The notes beneath the pieces were generated by a model. That model had not been told where the DNA came from and made no database searches. It saw only the letters and a program-made list of their open reading frames with translations. A DNA stretch of 64,000 bases from an uncultured Pirellulales bacterium (GTDB taxonomy: Bacteria > Planctomycetota > Planctomycetia > Pirellulales > S012-138). Where the stretch lies: contig CAYUMU010000009.1 of assembly GCA_964445985.1 (NCBI GenBank), positions 27,954 through 91,953 of the forward strand. Reading direction: 5' to 3'. Shown here piece after piece: positions 50,091 through 61,153 of this stretch. Position 1 is the first letter of the stretch; each line of letters starts with the position of its first letter. Made by a program: the position numbers and the translations under genes.

Positions 50091-50333
50091 ATGGGCTTAT
50101 TGGTGATTATTAGTTGGGTGGCCGTGAACGCGACAATTGGAGCGTTGATCGGGAAAAGTTGCTTGGGGCGACCGGGCGACGGGGCCATTGTCGGTGGGCT
50201 GTTAGGGCCGTTGGGCTGGCTGATGCTGGCGACTTGCTTTAGCGATACCCGCAAGCGATGCCCTGCCTGTCGAGGCATCGTTGATCCCAGGGCGAGTATC
50301 TGCCCGCATTGTAGGTCGAGCCTAGAGGGCTAA
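50091..50333 (+). CDS. Small membrane protein (2 predicted TM helices) with C-terminal zinc ribbon
   Basis: GGAGG 6 nt upstream of the ATG. MGLLVIISWVAVNATIGALIG..IVGGLLGPLGWLMLATCF then CPACRG..CPHCRS. Confidence 0.65.
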   Translation: MGLLVIISWVAVNATIGALIGKSCLGRPGDGAIVGGLLGPLGWLMLATCFSDTRKRCPACRGIVDPRASICPHCRSSLEG

Positions 50334-50443
50334 GCTGGGCGGAACGGTAGGGGCCGGGACAAGAGAAGAGGAAGTAGACCCCCCGAGACTCTCCCCAGGA
50401 ACCTCACCTTAGAATACCACGCACACTTAGAGTTGTACTTTAA

Positions 50444-50746
50444 TCAGGCAGTGCTCCTAAGCAGCCTAATTTCATGCTCCAGCAGCGACAGGCTCGCTTT
50501 GAGGACGACGCGCTGGGAAAGGCTTAGTTCGTCACTGTCCAGCAAACGTGAGACCATGCTAGCGACCGTCGAGCAATCATTGACAACGCTGTCCTTGATT
50601 TTCAGCATCTCAGTTTGTGGTAACGTCCAAATGCGGTTCACTATGTCGCGGCGTTGTTGAATTAGATAATCTCGTGTGCTGTCAAGCGCATTGACTATCT
50701 GCTTAAATTCTTCGTTGTCCAACATTCCTATTTCCCCTGGTGGCAT
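50444..50746 (-). CDS. Small all-helical hypothetical protein coupled to the GTPase gene
   Basis: Start at ATG 50746 (19-nt overlap with the GTPase ORF) or ATG 50725 (2 nt after its TAG stop). AT-rich codon usage like the GTPase gene. Confidence 0.55.
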   Translation of the reverse strand: MPPGEIGMLDNEEFKQIVNALDSTRDYLIQQRRDIVNRIWTLPQTEMLKIKDSVVNDCSTVASMVSRLLDSDELSLSQRVVLKASLSLLEHEIRLLRSTA

Positions 50747-51540
50747 AAGGATGTCAGTTTGGTGACAAATTGTTGAAGCGACTTCATTTGCTTCTCTTGG
50801 CTATAGTCGGAGTTGGTCTTGGCTAACGTCAATTGCTCTCCACCAAAAAACTTTGGGGCGGCAAAGTCCTTAATGATCTGCGACACAAACGCTATCTCAT
50901 GCTGAAACGCATTTGCTCCGATCGAATGGCGGATTCCTTCTATCACCCTACTGTAATCTCCGTCGAGGTAATGCTGATGCACTTCGTTGGATTCACCAAA
51001 CCATAAGTCTTCTTTTGTTACTACGGTGAGCATCCAAAACTTCTCTCGCCTCCCCCTGATGAGAGGAGCGATGTGATTCAGCACTTCGATTTCTTCTGTC
51101 CGCTTCTCCAGCAGGTACGACTGCAAGAATTGCTCGGCGTCGCCCGTTGCTTGAAAATCCGCGTAAGAACGTTCGCCCTGCATACCTGCCGGCCCGATGG
51201 CATGATAGCCGAAAGCATTCACGACAATAACGCCGTCGACTTCTCCGGTTTTAACTTCCTCAAGAATACCGTCCCAGGAAAGACGTCGATGCCCCTGCCC
51301 AGCCAAAACGTGCAACATCGCATTCTTAAGTTGGGGAGCTTTCTTATCTTCGGTATTAGTGCTCTCTACATACTCCGGAGTTAGGTGCAGCATCGATTGC
51401 CTATGGGCGAACGCTTCGCCCATAGATGTCTTGCCTACGCCGCCAGCACCTACGATTACGATTCGTTTCTTCCGAAACAACTCTTTCAGCTTTGCGAAAG
51501 CAATTGGAGCGAACTCTTTGAGCAAATCTATCCACGACAT
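50728..51540 (-). CDS. Ras-like P-loop GTPase-domain protein with C-terminal extension
   Basis: G1 IVIVGAGGVGKTS, G3-like VLAGQG, G4-like VVTKEDL (NKxD/TKxD type). About 47% GC in a hand-counted 60-nt sample, against about 60% in the flanks. Confidence 0.65.
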   Translation of the reverse strand: MSWIDLLKEFAPIAFAKLKELFRKKRIVIVGAGGVGKTSMGEAFAHRQSMLHLTPEYVESTNTEDKKAPQLKNAMLHVLAGQGHRRLSWDGILEEVKTGEVDGVIVVNAFGYHAIGPAGMQGERSYADFQATGDAEQFLQSYLLEKRTEEIEVLNHIAPLIRGRREKFWMLTVVTKEDLWFGESNEVHQHYLDGDYSRVIEGIRHSIGANAFQHEIAFVSQIIKDFAAPKFFGGEQLTLAKTNSDYSQEKQMKSLQQFVTKLTSLCHQGK

Positions 51541-51603
51541 TTACGGCCCCCTTTTCTATTGCTTAGATTCAACACGCAGTTGTCTGTAGATGTTGCCTCA
51601 GTC

Positions 51604-52026
<423 letters not shown>

Positions 52027-52417
52027 GGGTGCCTCTTGCTGTGGAGTACGGAATCGATCAGGGCCAGTGCGATTTCGAGTACTTCATTCAGCCTGGAAGC
52101 CGAGCTTACCCTGCCCACGACGACACGCCAACGGTCGGGATGCCAACTATCCTAACAGCCGACCGAGCACAAGAAGGAACGCCAACAACTTCTGCCACAA
52201 TGTCGCAGTGTTCGATTGTATAGGCGAGGTGTTACATCGACAATCCCCGATGGGCTGAGGGGTTGCAGGGCCGGGATGGTGAATGCGAGCGATTGAGACG
52301 GGAAGGAGGTGCGAGCCATTCGCGTGTATAGGCTCACGATCGGGTGGGATGGGTGGAGAGGCCCGGGGAGAATTGCCGAAGGAGGCATTTGAACCCATTG
52401 GGGGTCGATGGGCGGGG

Positions 52418-52702
52418 CTAGGCCATCAGTTGTCGGAGGATTTGTTTGGCTCGCTTCCGACCATACCGGGCTGCCAATCTTTGGACTAGAGCGAAGGAAA
52501 AGGATTCTTCGACTAACACCTGCTCGTAAAAGTCGGTGAAGCCTGCGTGCTTCAGCCATTGGACCATTGCTGCCCGAGAAAGGATTTCTCTGGGGTCTGG
52601 GGTGAATGGGGCTCCCCCACCCCGGTATCCATCGGGGGTGTCCACGTGGTTGAAATAGCTCAGCCAAGAGTCGCGAAGTCCTTGGCGGTCGATCGTCTGC
52701 AT
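52418..52702 (-). CDS. Hypothetical protein (94 aa)
   Basis: ATG 52702, MQTIDRQGLRDSWLSYFNH... Same strand as the neighbouring element genes. Confidence 0.4.
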   Translation of the reverse strand: MQTIDRQGLRDSWLSYFNHVDTPDGYRGGGAPFTPDPREILSRAAMVQWLKHAGFTDFYEQVLVEESFSFALVQRLAARYGRKRAKQILRQLMA

Positions 52703-52918
52703 GGGAGTCCTCCGTGAGTTGGTGGGAAAGCGTGGGCCAGTCGGGCGTCGAATTTGGGTGTGGGAATCGGGCGGAAAAGTGGGACGGGAAGGAAAGGAAA
52801 GTAAGGGTGTATATCTCTTAACCCCTGGGAATCGGCCGACTCCCATTTCATCCCGTAAAAACAGGGTTCAAAGCCACATCGACAAATGCTTGCCAGAATT
52901 TGACCCCCCTGCTTCCAT

Positions 52919-53695
52919 TCACGACTGCTCCCATTCCTTCACCCACCGTTTGAACGTCTTTTCCGGCACTCCGACCTCGTTAGCAATCCGTCGCATTCCC
53001 CATCCCATTCTTCTCAGCCGTTCCGCGACAGGACGGACCTGTTGCTGCTTCAGCGACTTGGCGTCGCCTACCAGGTAGGGACCACGCTTGCGGGCTTCTA
53101 ACACCGCGAGTACCCGATCCGCTTGCCATTTCGTCGTTTCGGTCGTCCTGTCTGAAAGCAAGGTTTGGATCAAATGGTGGGGAAGGTCCGGACCATAAAG
53201 TGATACTAGAGGCACGCCGTCAGCCTCGTCCAGGAGTCGGTCAACTTGTTCGATGGTTGGCAACACTAAATAGTTCTTATGCGAGTGATATTTCGGATGT
53301 CTAAGTAGCCGGGTGAAGTTCTCGACGACGATGGGAATGTCGTACAGCTTGGCAAACGCAACACATGCTCGCCATTCTGAGCCCCGCCTGTGACCCTTCG
53401 CAATTTCGTCGAAAACGAAAAGGATTCGGACTCCATAAACTTCGGTTATCCAGTGTCGCATCCAAGCTTCTGCCGCCGGAATGTGGTGTTCTTGGCCCTT
53501 ACTTGAAACCCGAATGTAGACAACGACTCCTCTTCTGCGTTGCTCAGGTGTCATCGTCTTGAAAAACACAGCCCAGTAAAGGACGTACTGCCCGTATCTG
53601 ATTTTGAGGTCGTCGCTGGCCCGCCCGACTCTTCCGCGAGCTGTGGATTCTTTTCCCCTGGACGGGCGGTCTTTTTTGTTCTTCGTATGATTCAT
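52919..53695 (-). CDS. Atypical serine-recombinase-like protein with C-terminal HTH
   Basis: VVVYIRVSSKGQ (Y-x-R-V-S-x-x-x-Q catalytic motif), IVVENFTRLLRH, C-terminal MRRIANEVGVPEKTFKRWVKEW. Trimmed to ATG 53695. Confidence 0.6.
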   Translation of the reverse strand: MNHTKNKKDRPSRGKESTARGRVGRASDDLKIRYGQYVLYWAVFFKTMTPEQRRRGVVVYIRVSSKGQEHHIPAAEAWMRHWITEVYGVRILFVFDEIAKGHRRGSEWRACVAFAKLYDIPIVVENFTRLLRHPKYHSHKNYLVLPTIEQVDRLLDEADGVPLVSLYGPDLPHHLIQTLLSDRTTETTKWQADRVLAVLEARKRGPYLVGDAKSLKQQQVRPVAERLRRMGWGMRRIANEVGVPEKTFKRWVKEWEQS

Positions 53696-53832
53696 GGTAG
53701 TTACTTTCGGGACCCGCGAGCAGACACTGGACACGGCTGCTCGCGGGTTTTTTTATTGGATTGGTCAATCGATTCGAGACATATTCTAACCGGGGCTCGG
53801 ATCGCGGGAACCCTTGCAGACCTCCCCCTTCA

Positions 53833-53859
53833 GTGTGAAGTGCATTCGCTCTGGTGAAC
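53833..53859. repeat. attR: right terminal inverted repeat GTGTGAAGTGCATTCG (53833-53848) plus 9-bp direct repeat CTGGTGAAC (53851-53859)
   Basis: See attL. The host reading frame resumes at 53860. Confidence 0.75.
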
Positions 53860-54156
<297 letters not shown>

Positions 54157-54200
54157 CGAGACAAGTTGAGGACGGCCAAGTGAATAATGACGATTACTCC

Positions 54201-54905
54201 ATGACCGAGGACGATTGGCTCGCCTCGGCCGACCCAGAAGACATCCACCGGCCCAAACCCAGCATCCAACCGGAAACAATGCTCCAGTTCCTTCGTGTCC
54301 AACGCAGGGCCGACAAGACCAAACAGGGTCGCCGCAAACTTCGACTATTCGCCTGTGCCTGTTGTCGCCGGTTCTGGCCGTCGTTGAGTGAGGAAAGCCG
54401 GGAAGCATTAGAAATTGCGGAGCGATACGCTGATGGCGAGGCCAGCAAGAAAGACCTTGGCTATGCGTGGCGGATTTCGGTTCGACAGTTTGGATGGGGG
54501 CCACGCACAGCCGATGGTATCGCTGGCGAAGCGGTAGCGACGGGTGCAATGACGGCGGCGGCGCTTGTAGCCCTGGTCAGCTATTCAGTCGTCGCCAACA
54601 CAACCGCACAGCCTCACGAAATGTGGAATGAGAAATTCCAACAGGCGGCAATCATTTACGACCTATTCGGCAATCCGTTCCAAACGACTGCCGCCGACGT
54701 TGCCTCACAGTTCGCAGCCGTCGATTCGGTACGAAAGTTGGCCGACCACATTTACCAGAGCCGGCGATTTGAGGACCTCTCCGCCCTTGAGAATGAATTG
54801 AAGCACGCCGGATGCACCGACACAGAGGTTCTTGAACACTGCCGGCAAACTATACACTTTCGAGGATGTTGGCTGGTGGACGCATTGCGTGGCGTTCCGC
54901 TCTGA
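54201..54905 (+). CDS. Conserved hypothetical protein (MLQFL..RKLRLFACACCRRFW.. family common in Planctomycetes and Myxobacteria)
   Basis: N-terminal MTEDDWLASADPED..MLQFLRV..RKLRLFACACCRRFW..ALEIAERYADGEA, and C-terminal HCRQTIHFRGCWLVDALRG. Trimmed to ATG 54201. Confidence 0.6.
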   Translation: MTEDDWLASADPEDIHRPKPSIQPETMLQFLRVQRRADKTKQGRRKLRLFACACCRRFWPSLSEESREALEIAERYADGEASKKDLGYAWRISVRQFGWGPRTADGIAGEAVATGAMTAAALVALVSYSVVANTTAQPHEMWNEKFQQAAIIYDLFGNPFQTTAADVASQFAAVDSVRKLADHIYQSRRFEDLSALENELKHAGCTDTEVLEHCRQTIHFRGCWLVDALRGVPL

Positions 54906-54912
54906 TCTCAAA

Positions 54913-55437
54913 ATGATGGACGCGACTTTGCGATTTGCTGCGGGTGTTGCTGAAGGTGATTGGGGAGCAAACATGGAAAATGGATTTGATCTCAAAGCAG
55001 TGTGGAATCGACTGTCCCTTATGACTTCTTTGCGGTTCAAAGCGACATCAAACGCCAGCGGCGGTGGCTGGAACGGCGAGGGACGAGGTTCCGTCGTGGT
55101 CGAGAGCGCCGATCCTACCACTTTGTTGTTTCACGAGAACGGGCAATGGAAATCGGAGGAGGGGAAGGAACTGACTTTCACCAACATGTATCGTTGGACG
55201 GCCCTTCTCGAAACGCACTCTCTCCGACTGGAACACCTCCGGTTTGGCCACAATCATCCGGTTTATCTGTTTGACCTGAAACAGAGCGATGACATTTCCT
55301 GGCAGTCCGTCGAGCCACATGTCTGTCGAGACGATCTCTACACGGCCGTCATGACATTCGGCGCCGACGTGCTCGACCTCCACTGGACCATCCAAGGGCC
55401 AACCAAGAACGAACGGATACACTACTCGTATCAGTGA
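54913..55437 (+). CDS. DUF6314-like protein
   Basis: ..YRWTALLETHSLRLEHLRFGHNHPVYLFDL..WQSVEPHVCRDDLYTAVMTF..LDLHWTIQGPTKNERIHYSY. Start ambiguous (54913 or 54973). Confidence 0.55.
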   Translation: MMDATLRFAAGVAEGDWGANMENGFDLKAVWNRLSLMTSLRFKATSNASGGGWNGEGRGSVVVESADPTTLLFHENGQWKSEEGKELTFTNMYRWTALLETHSLRLEHLRFGHNHPVYLFDLKQSDDISWQSVEPHVCRDDLYTAVMTFGADVLDLHWTIQGPTKNERIHYSYQ

Positions 55438-55443
55438 TCGGCA

Positions 55444-55811
55444 CTAGACGTCGACCGTAGCAACTTGAGCATCTGCCGGGGGCTTGCCCTCTTGCGCAAC
55501 AGCGAAATGACCTTCCCAATCCACCTGCTGATTCAATACCGCCAACGTGAATTGCACGAGGTAATCCAGTTGCCGCAAATGAGGGCGCAGCAAGATCACG
55601 CCGCACGTTGCGTTCGATCCCGGAACGCCATCTCGCCAAAATCCTTGTCGAACGTCACTAGTACCCGACCTTCCGACAAAGCCAGGGCCAGCACGGTGTT
55701 GTCGTCGGCCCCCGCCGATTGCTCCGAAATCCATCCCATGTCGTGCCCCGCCTGACGAGCGGCCTGCACGACATCGCCAGGAACATTCTCATTTGCCAGA
55801 AATTTCGCCAT
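55444..55811 (-). pseudogene. DUF5615 (PIN-like toxin) gene with a -1 frameshift; no DUF433 antitoxin partner
   Basis: Frame 1 reads MAKFLANENVPGDVVQAARQAGHDMGW..VLVTFDKDFGEMAFR then a stop. The family continues in another frame as GSNATCGVILLRPHLRQLDYL..WEGHFAVAQEG. One extra G in the run at 55619-55621 would restore a ~122-aa protein. Confidence 0.7.
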
Positions 55812-56265
55812 GTTCTACACCGGCAAGGGATAGACGCCCTTTGTAACCTATAGTGCAACCTTGCCGAGATCGCGACTGGGACATCTTGTCATCCTAAATC
55901 ATATATACGACACGGGTTACAATCGCCGTCGACTCCTCGAACGCTGCCGTCCCCGCTTGCTTTCATCCCGCAAAACTGCTCCAGCCCGAACCGCCCCACT
56001 GGCAGGGGGGGTTCCACCCACTTCTCGCAACCAGCTTGAGTGTTGCAAAGTAGCAACTAACATTGAAGGTGCGGGAGTGCGTTCCGCATCTATCTACCCC
56101 GACTTAAATTCACAAACCGCTGCCAAGTAATAACTTACCGATTCCAAGCCCCTTCTTGCCCCAATTACCTCAGCCCCTTGCGCGGCACAATTGAACTTTT
56201 CGAACCTTTGCCGCCACTAAAGTCATTGAGCAATCTTCTCCTGCCCCCCAGCGAGGACTTCATTC

Positions 56266-57315
<1,050 letters not shown>

Positions 57316-58330
57316 TGCGATCCGTCGCATTTCGCGGATGGACTTGCGCGCCCGGCACATTGTGGAAGGGTTTTTGTCCGGCATGCACCGGAGCCCTTAC
57401 TTTGGCCAGTCGGTGGAGTTCCTGCAGCACCGGGAATACGTTTCCGGCGACGATGTTCGCAACATCGACTGGAAGGTGTGGGCCAAGCAAGACCGCTTCT
57501 ACATCAAGCAGTACGAAGAAGAAACCAACATGCGGGTCACGCTGCTGGTGGACGTTTCCAACAGCATGCGGTACGGCAATGGCCCCATGAACAAGTACGA
57601 ATACGCCTGCACGGCGGCCGTCAGCCTGGCGTACCTGGCGCTCCGCCAGCAAGACGCCGTGAGCTGCATGGCGTTTTCGGATCGTATCAAGGCGGCCATG
57701 GAGTACCGCAGCCGCAAAACCCACCTGCAGGCCATCATCAAGGCGCTCAGCATCAACGAGCCGCAAGACGCCACCGACCTGGCGCCCATTCTGGCCAATG
57801 TGGCCCAGAACCTGCCCCGCCGCGGCATGATGGTGATCTTTTCGGACTTGCTGGTGGACCGCCCCAGTTTCTTCAAAGGGCTCAAGCTGCTGCGGCAGCA
57901 AGGGCACGACGTGCTGGTGGTTCACGTGCTGGACGACGATGAACTGGAATTCCCCTTCTCTGGCCCCACCCGGTTTGAAGGGCTCGAAACGCCCGATCAC
58001 CTGTCGTGCAATCCTCGGGCGCTTCGCAAAGGTTATCTCGAAGCGCTCAACGCTTACCTGGAAGAGGTCCGCTGGGGATGCACTTCCAACTCGGTGGATT
58101 ACGCCCTGGTGCGAACCAGTTTCCCGCTCGATGCCGCCCTGGCCACCTTCCTGAGCAACCGGTTAGGCATGCACCACAAGAACTAACGCCACCCCGTACA
58201 ACGCACCTAGTGAAATTGATTGCCCCCCATTTGATTACTGACTACCAGCCGTTGACAGAGTCTCGCCCAACGCCCGCCGGTCATGGCGTTGGAGATGGCG
58301 CTGTTTTGCTTTGCGAGGTTCATTCTCCCC

Positions 58331-61006
58331 ATGGCTGAATGGTTTTTTAACGCGAACCTGGTCTGGCTCGGCCTGCCGCTGCTGGCCTTGCCGATCATCA
58401 TTCACCTCATCAACCTGATGAGGCATCGTCGCGTGGCCTGGGCCGCCATGGAATTCGTGCTGGTTGCCCATAAGAAAAGCAGCACCTGGATTCTGCTCAA
58501 GCAACTCCTGCTGCTGATTCTCCGGATCTTGGCGATTGCGGCCATCATTGCCATCTTGGGCCAGTTTGTCTTTCGCGAAGATCGCTGGATGTTCGGCAGC
58601 ACCACCCATCACATCGTGGTGGTCGACGATACCTACTCCATGTCCGACAAGCTGGGCGAAACCAGCGCCTTCGACGACGCCAAAACTGCCGTGCGAAAAA
58701 TCGGCCGCTGGGCGTCCAGTGCCCGCAGCAAGCAGCGGTTCACGCTGGCCAGTTTCTCGTCGGCCGGCAAACCGTTGCCAGAATTGAACAAAGTCGACGT
58801 GGCCACCGATTTCGACAACACCCGGCTGCGCTCCGTGCTCGATGGCCTGCAGGTCTCGCAGGCTTCGGTCAGTCCCCTGCAAGCGCTCGATGGCGTGGCC
58901 AGCGTGCTTTCTTCCACGCAAAACGAAAAGCGCGTGGTCTACCTGGTTTCTGACTTTCGCGATCGAGACTGGGATGCCAGGCAGTTGGCCAACCTCAACG
59001 AACGCCTGGCCACGCTCACCGACGACTCCACCGAAGTCCGCTTGATCCAATGCGTGAATCGCCAGCACACCAACGTGGGCATCACCTCGCTGCAACCGGT
59101 TTCCGGCAGCCCCGCCGCCGGCGTTGGCATCGAGATGGAAGTCCGGGTTCGCAATCACGGCAACAACCCGATTCGCGAGCTTTCGGTGCTACTGCTCGAA
59201 GACGGCCGGCCGCGCACGCCGGTGGTGTTCGAAAGCATCGCCGGCAACGACGAAGCGGCCAAACGCTTCGTGGTGCGCTTCGAGAATCCCGGCCAGCACA
59301 CCGTGACCGCGCGGATTTCCAGCGACGCCGTCGAGGCCGACAACAGCCGTTTTGCCGTGCTCGACCTGCCCGAAGGGCACCCGGTGCTGCTGATCGACGG
59401 CGACCAGGATCGCTCGGGCAGTTGGTTCATCGCCAACGCCCTTAGCCCCGGCGAAGTGCGCACCGGTTTGCGTCCTCAAACCCAAAAACCCAACTACCTG
59501 GCCGAAAAACGGCTCGACCAGTTTCAAACCATTTACGTGACCAACTTCCACCAGCTTTCGCCGCAAGCCGTCGATGCGTTGGAGGAGTACGTTCGATCGG
59601 GCGGCGGCCTGGCCCTCTTTATGGGGCCTCCGTTGGATGAAACGGGCGTGTTCAGCGGATTTGAATCGGACTCGCTGCAGCGGATGGTCGATTTCGTCTC
59701 GCGCACCAACAAGTCCCTGTATCGCAACGGCCAAGGTTTGCTCCCCGCGCCCCTGGCCGCCGATGCACAACTGGTGACCGATCGCCTGGAAACCGCGCCC
59801 GACCTGGCGCCCGAAGACCATCCCATTTTCCGCATCTTCAACCGGACGGGCGACGCCTTCCTCCGCGACGTCAAGATTCTTTCGTACTACGCATTGGCCA
59901 AAGGTTGGGAGCCCGATCCGCAATCCACCACCAAGGTGATTGCCCGTCTGCGCAACGGGGCCCCGCTCGCGATCGAGCACCACTTTGGCTCGCAAAATAG
60001 CCGCTCGCTTCGCGATGCCGAAGCGGCTCTATCGCAAGCTGCCGAGTTGCTCAACCAGGCCCTGAAGAGCGCCAACCCGACGGGCGAGGCCGCCAGCAAA
60101 CAAAAGGAAGCGGTCGCCGTCCAGTTGCGAGAAGCAGGCGATCGTTTTACCGCCGCCTTGGCGGCGCTCGAAGCCCAATCGCAACGGTTTGGCGATTCCA
60201 AGCCGCAATTGGCCGATTACCTCGATCGCCTCAAGGTCTTGAACACCCGCCGCCAGGAACTCGCCGAGCAACTGCTGGCCGCCAAGCCGGCGGGCGCTGC
60301 CGAGTCCAAAGACGGGCCCCCGCTGCCCAGTCGCATCTTGGGCCTGGCCAGCGATGCGGGCCGCCTGGCAAACGACATCACGCTGACCGAAGGGCCGGGC
60401 GGAACCGTGGTCACCTTCCTCACCACCGCCGGGCCGGTCTGGAACAATTGGGCAGCCAATCCCAGTTTTGTGATCAGCGCCCTCGAACTCCAAGCCTACC
60501 TGGCCGCGTCTCGTACGGCCGCGCAGGAGCGGCGGGTGGGAGCCCCCATCGAGGTTCGGCTCGATCCCGAGCAATACCAAGAGAAGTACGTGCTGGCGAT
60601 GCCTGGAGCCAGCGGTTCGGCCAAAACAACGGTCGAAAGAGCCATCCCCAATACCGGCGACCAGCTCGAAACCGCCATCACCGATACGGGCGTCGCCGGT
60701 ATTTACGAGTTGCAGCTATTCCGCCGCGACGGTCGAACCGATCCCCCCCAAACTTTTGCCTATAACGTGGCGCCCGAAGAAGGCGACCTGCGGCTGCTGT
60801 CCACCGCCGATCTGGAAACCCGTGTCACTGCCGATCGCGTGACGGTGGAGGCGGCCGCCGATGTCAAAGGAGCGGCCAGCCAAAGTGCCCGCTCCAACCT
60901 CACCGAAATTCTGTTGTACGTGCTGATCGCCCTGCTGTTGGGCGAACAGATCCTGGCCTACACCCTGAGTTACCACTCCGGCGGCGCGGCCCGCGCGTCG
61001 GCCTGA
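58331..61006 (+). CDS. BatA-type (aerotolerance regulator N-terminal domain) membrane protein with vWA-like and large C-terminal region
   Basis: MAEWFFNANLVWLGLPLLALPIIIHLINLMRHRRVAWAAMEFV is the BatA N-terminal signature. VVVDDTYSMS is MIDAS-like. C-terminal TM helix. Trimmed to ATG 58331. Confidence 0.85.
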   Translation: MAEWFFNANLVWLGLPLLALPIIIHLINLMRHRRVAWAAMEFVLVAHKKSSTWILLKQLLLLILRILAIAAIIAILGQFVFREDRWMFGSTTHHIVVVDDTYSMSDKLGETSAFDDAKTAVRKIGRWASSARSKQRFTLASFSSAGKPLPELNKVDVATDFDNTRLRSVLDGLQVSQASVSPLQALDGVASVLSSTQNEKRVVYLVSDFRDRDWDARQLANLNERLATLTDDSTEVRLIQCVNRQHTNVGITSLQPVSGSPAAGVGIEMEVRVRNHGNNPIRELSVLLLEDGRPRTPVVFESIAGNDEAAKRFVVRFENPGQHTVTARISSDAVEADNSRFAVLDLPEGHPVLLIDGDQDRSGSWFIANALSPGEVRTGLRPQTQKPNYLAEKRLDQFQTIYVTNFHQLSPQAVDALEEYVRSGGGLALFMGPPLDETGVFSGFESDSLQRMVDFVSRTNKSLYRNGQGLLPAPLAADAQLVTDRLETAPDLAPEDHPIFRIFNRTGDAFLRDVKILSYYALAKGWEPDPQSTTKVIARLRNGAPLAIEHHFGSQNSRSLRDAEAALSQAAELLNQALKSANPTGEAASKQKEAVAVQLREAGDRFTAALAALEAQSQRFGDSKPQLADYLDRLKVLNTRRQELAEQLLAAKPAGAAESKDGPPLPSRILGLASDAGRLANDITLTEGPGGTVVTFLTTAGPVWNNWAANPSFVISALELQAYLAASRTAAQERRVGAPIEVRLDPEQYQEKYVLAMPGASGSAKTTVERAIPNTGDQLETAITDTGVAGIYELQLFRRDGRTDPPQTFAYNVAPEEGDLRLLSTADLETRVTADRVTVEAAADVKGAASQSARSNLTEILLYVLIALLLGEQILAYTLSYHSGGAARASA

Positions 61007-61153
61007 GCAGGATGGGTCCGCCCAAGGCCCATCGCGGCCGTGGCATAGGTTCGCTTGCTGGAATAAGAACCAGAAAACTGAATTAAGCCGACTTGGAAGG
61101 TTCGCTCGCCCCGCGGCGAGCAGCGTCCGTTTCCTATAAGGAAGACTTGCGAT

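Noticed and set aside
52027-52417. 390-nt gap inside the element between the 94-aa gene and the yjbQ copy, with short plus-strand ORFs (52029..52223 and others).
   Set aside because: I see no recognisable motif, start context or structure. It may hold a promoter for the yjbQ-GTPase transcription unit, but I cannot support a specific site.
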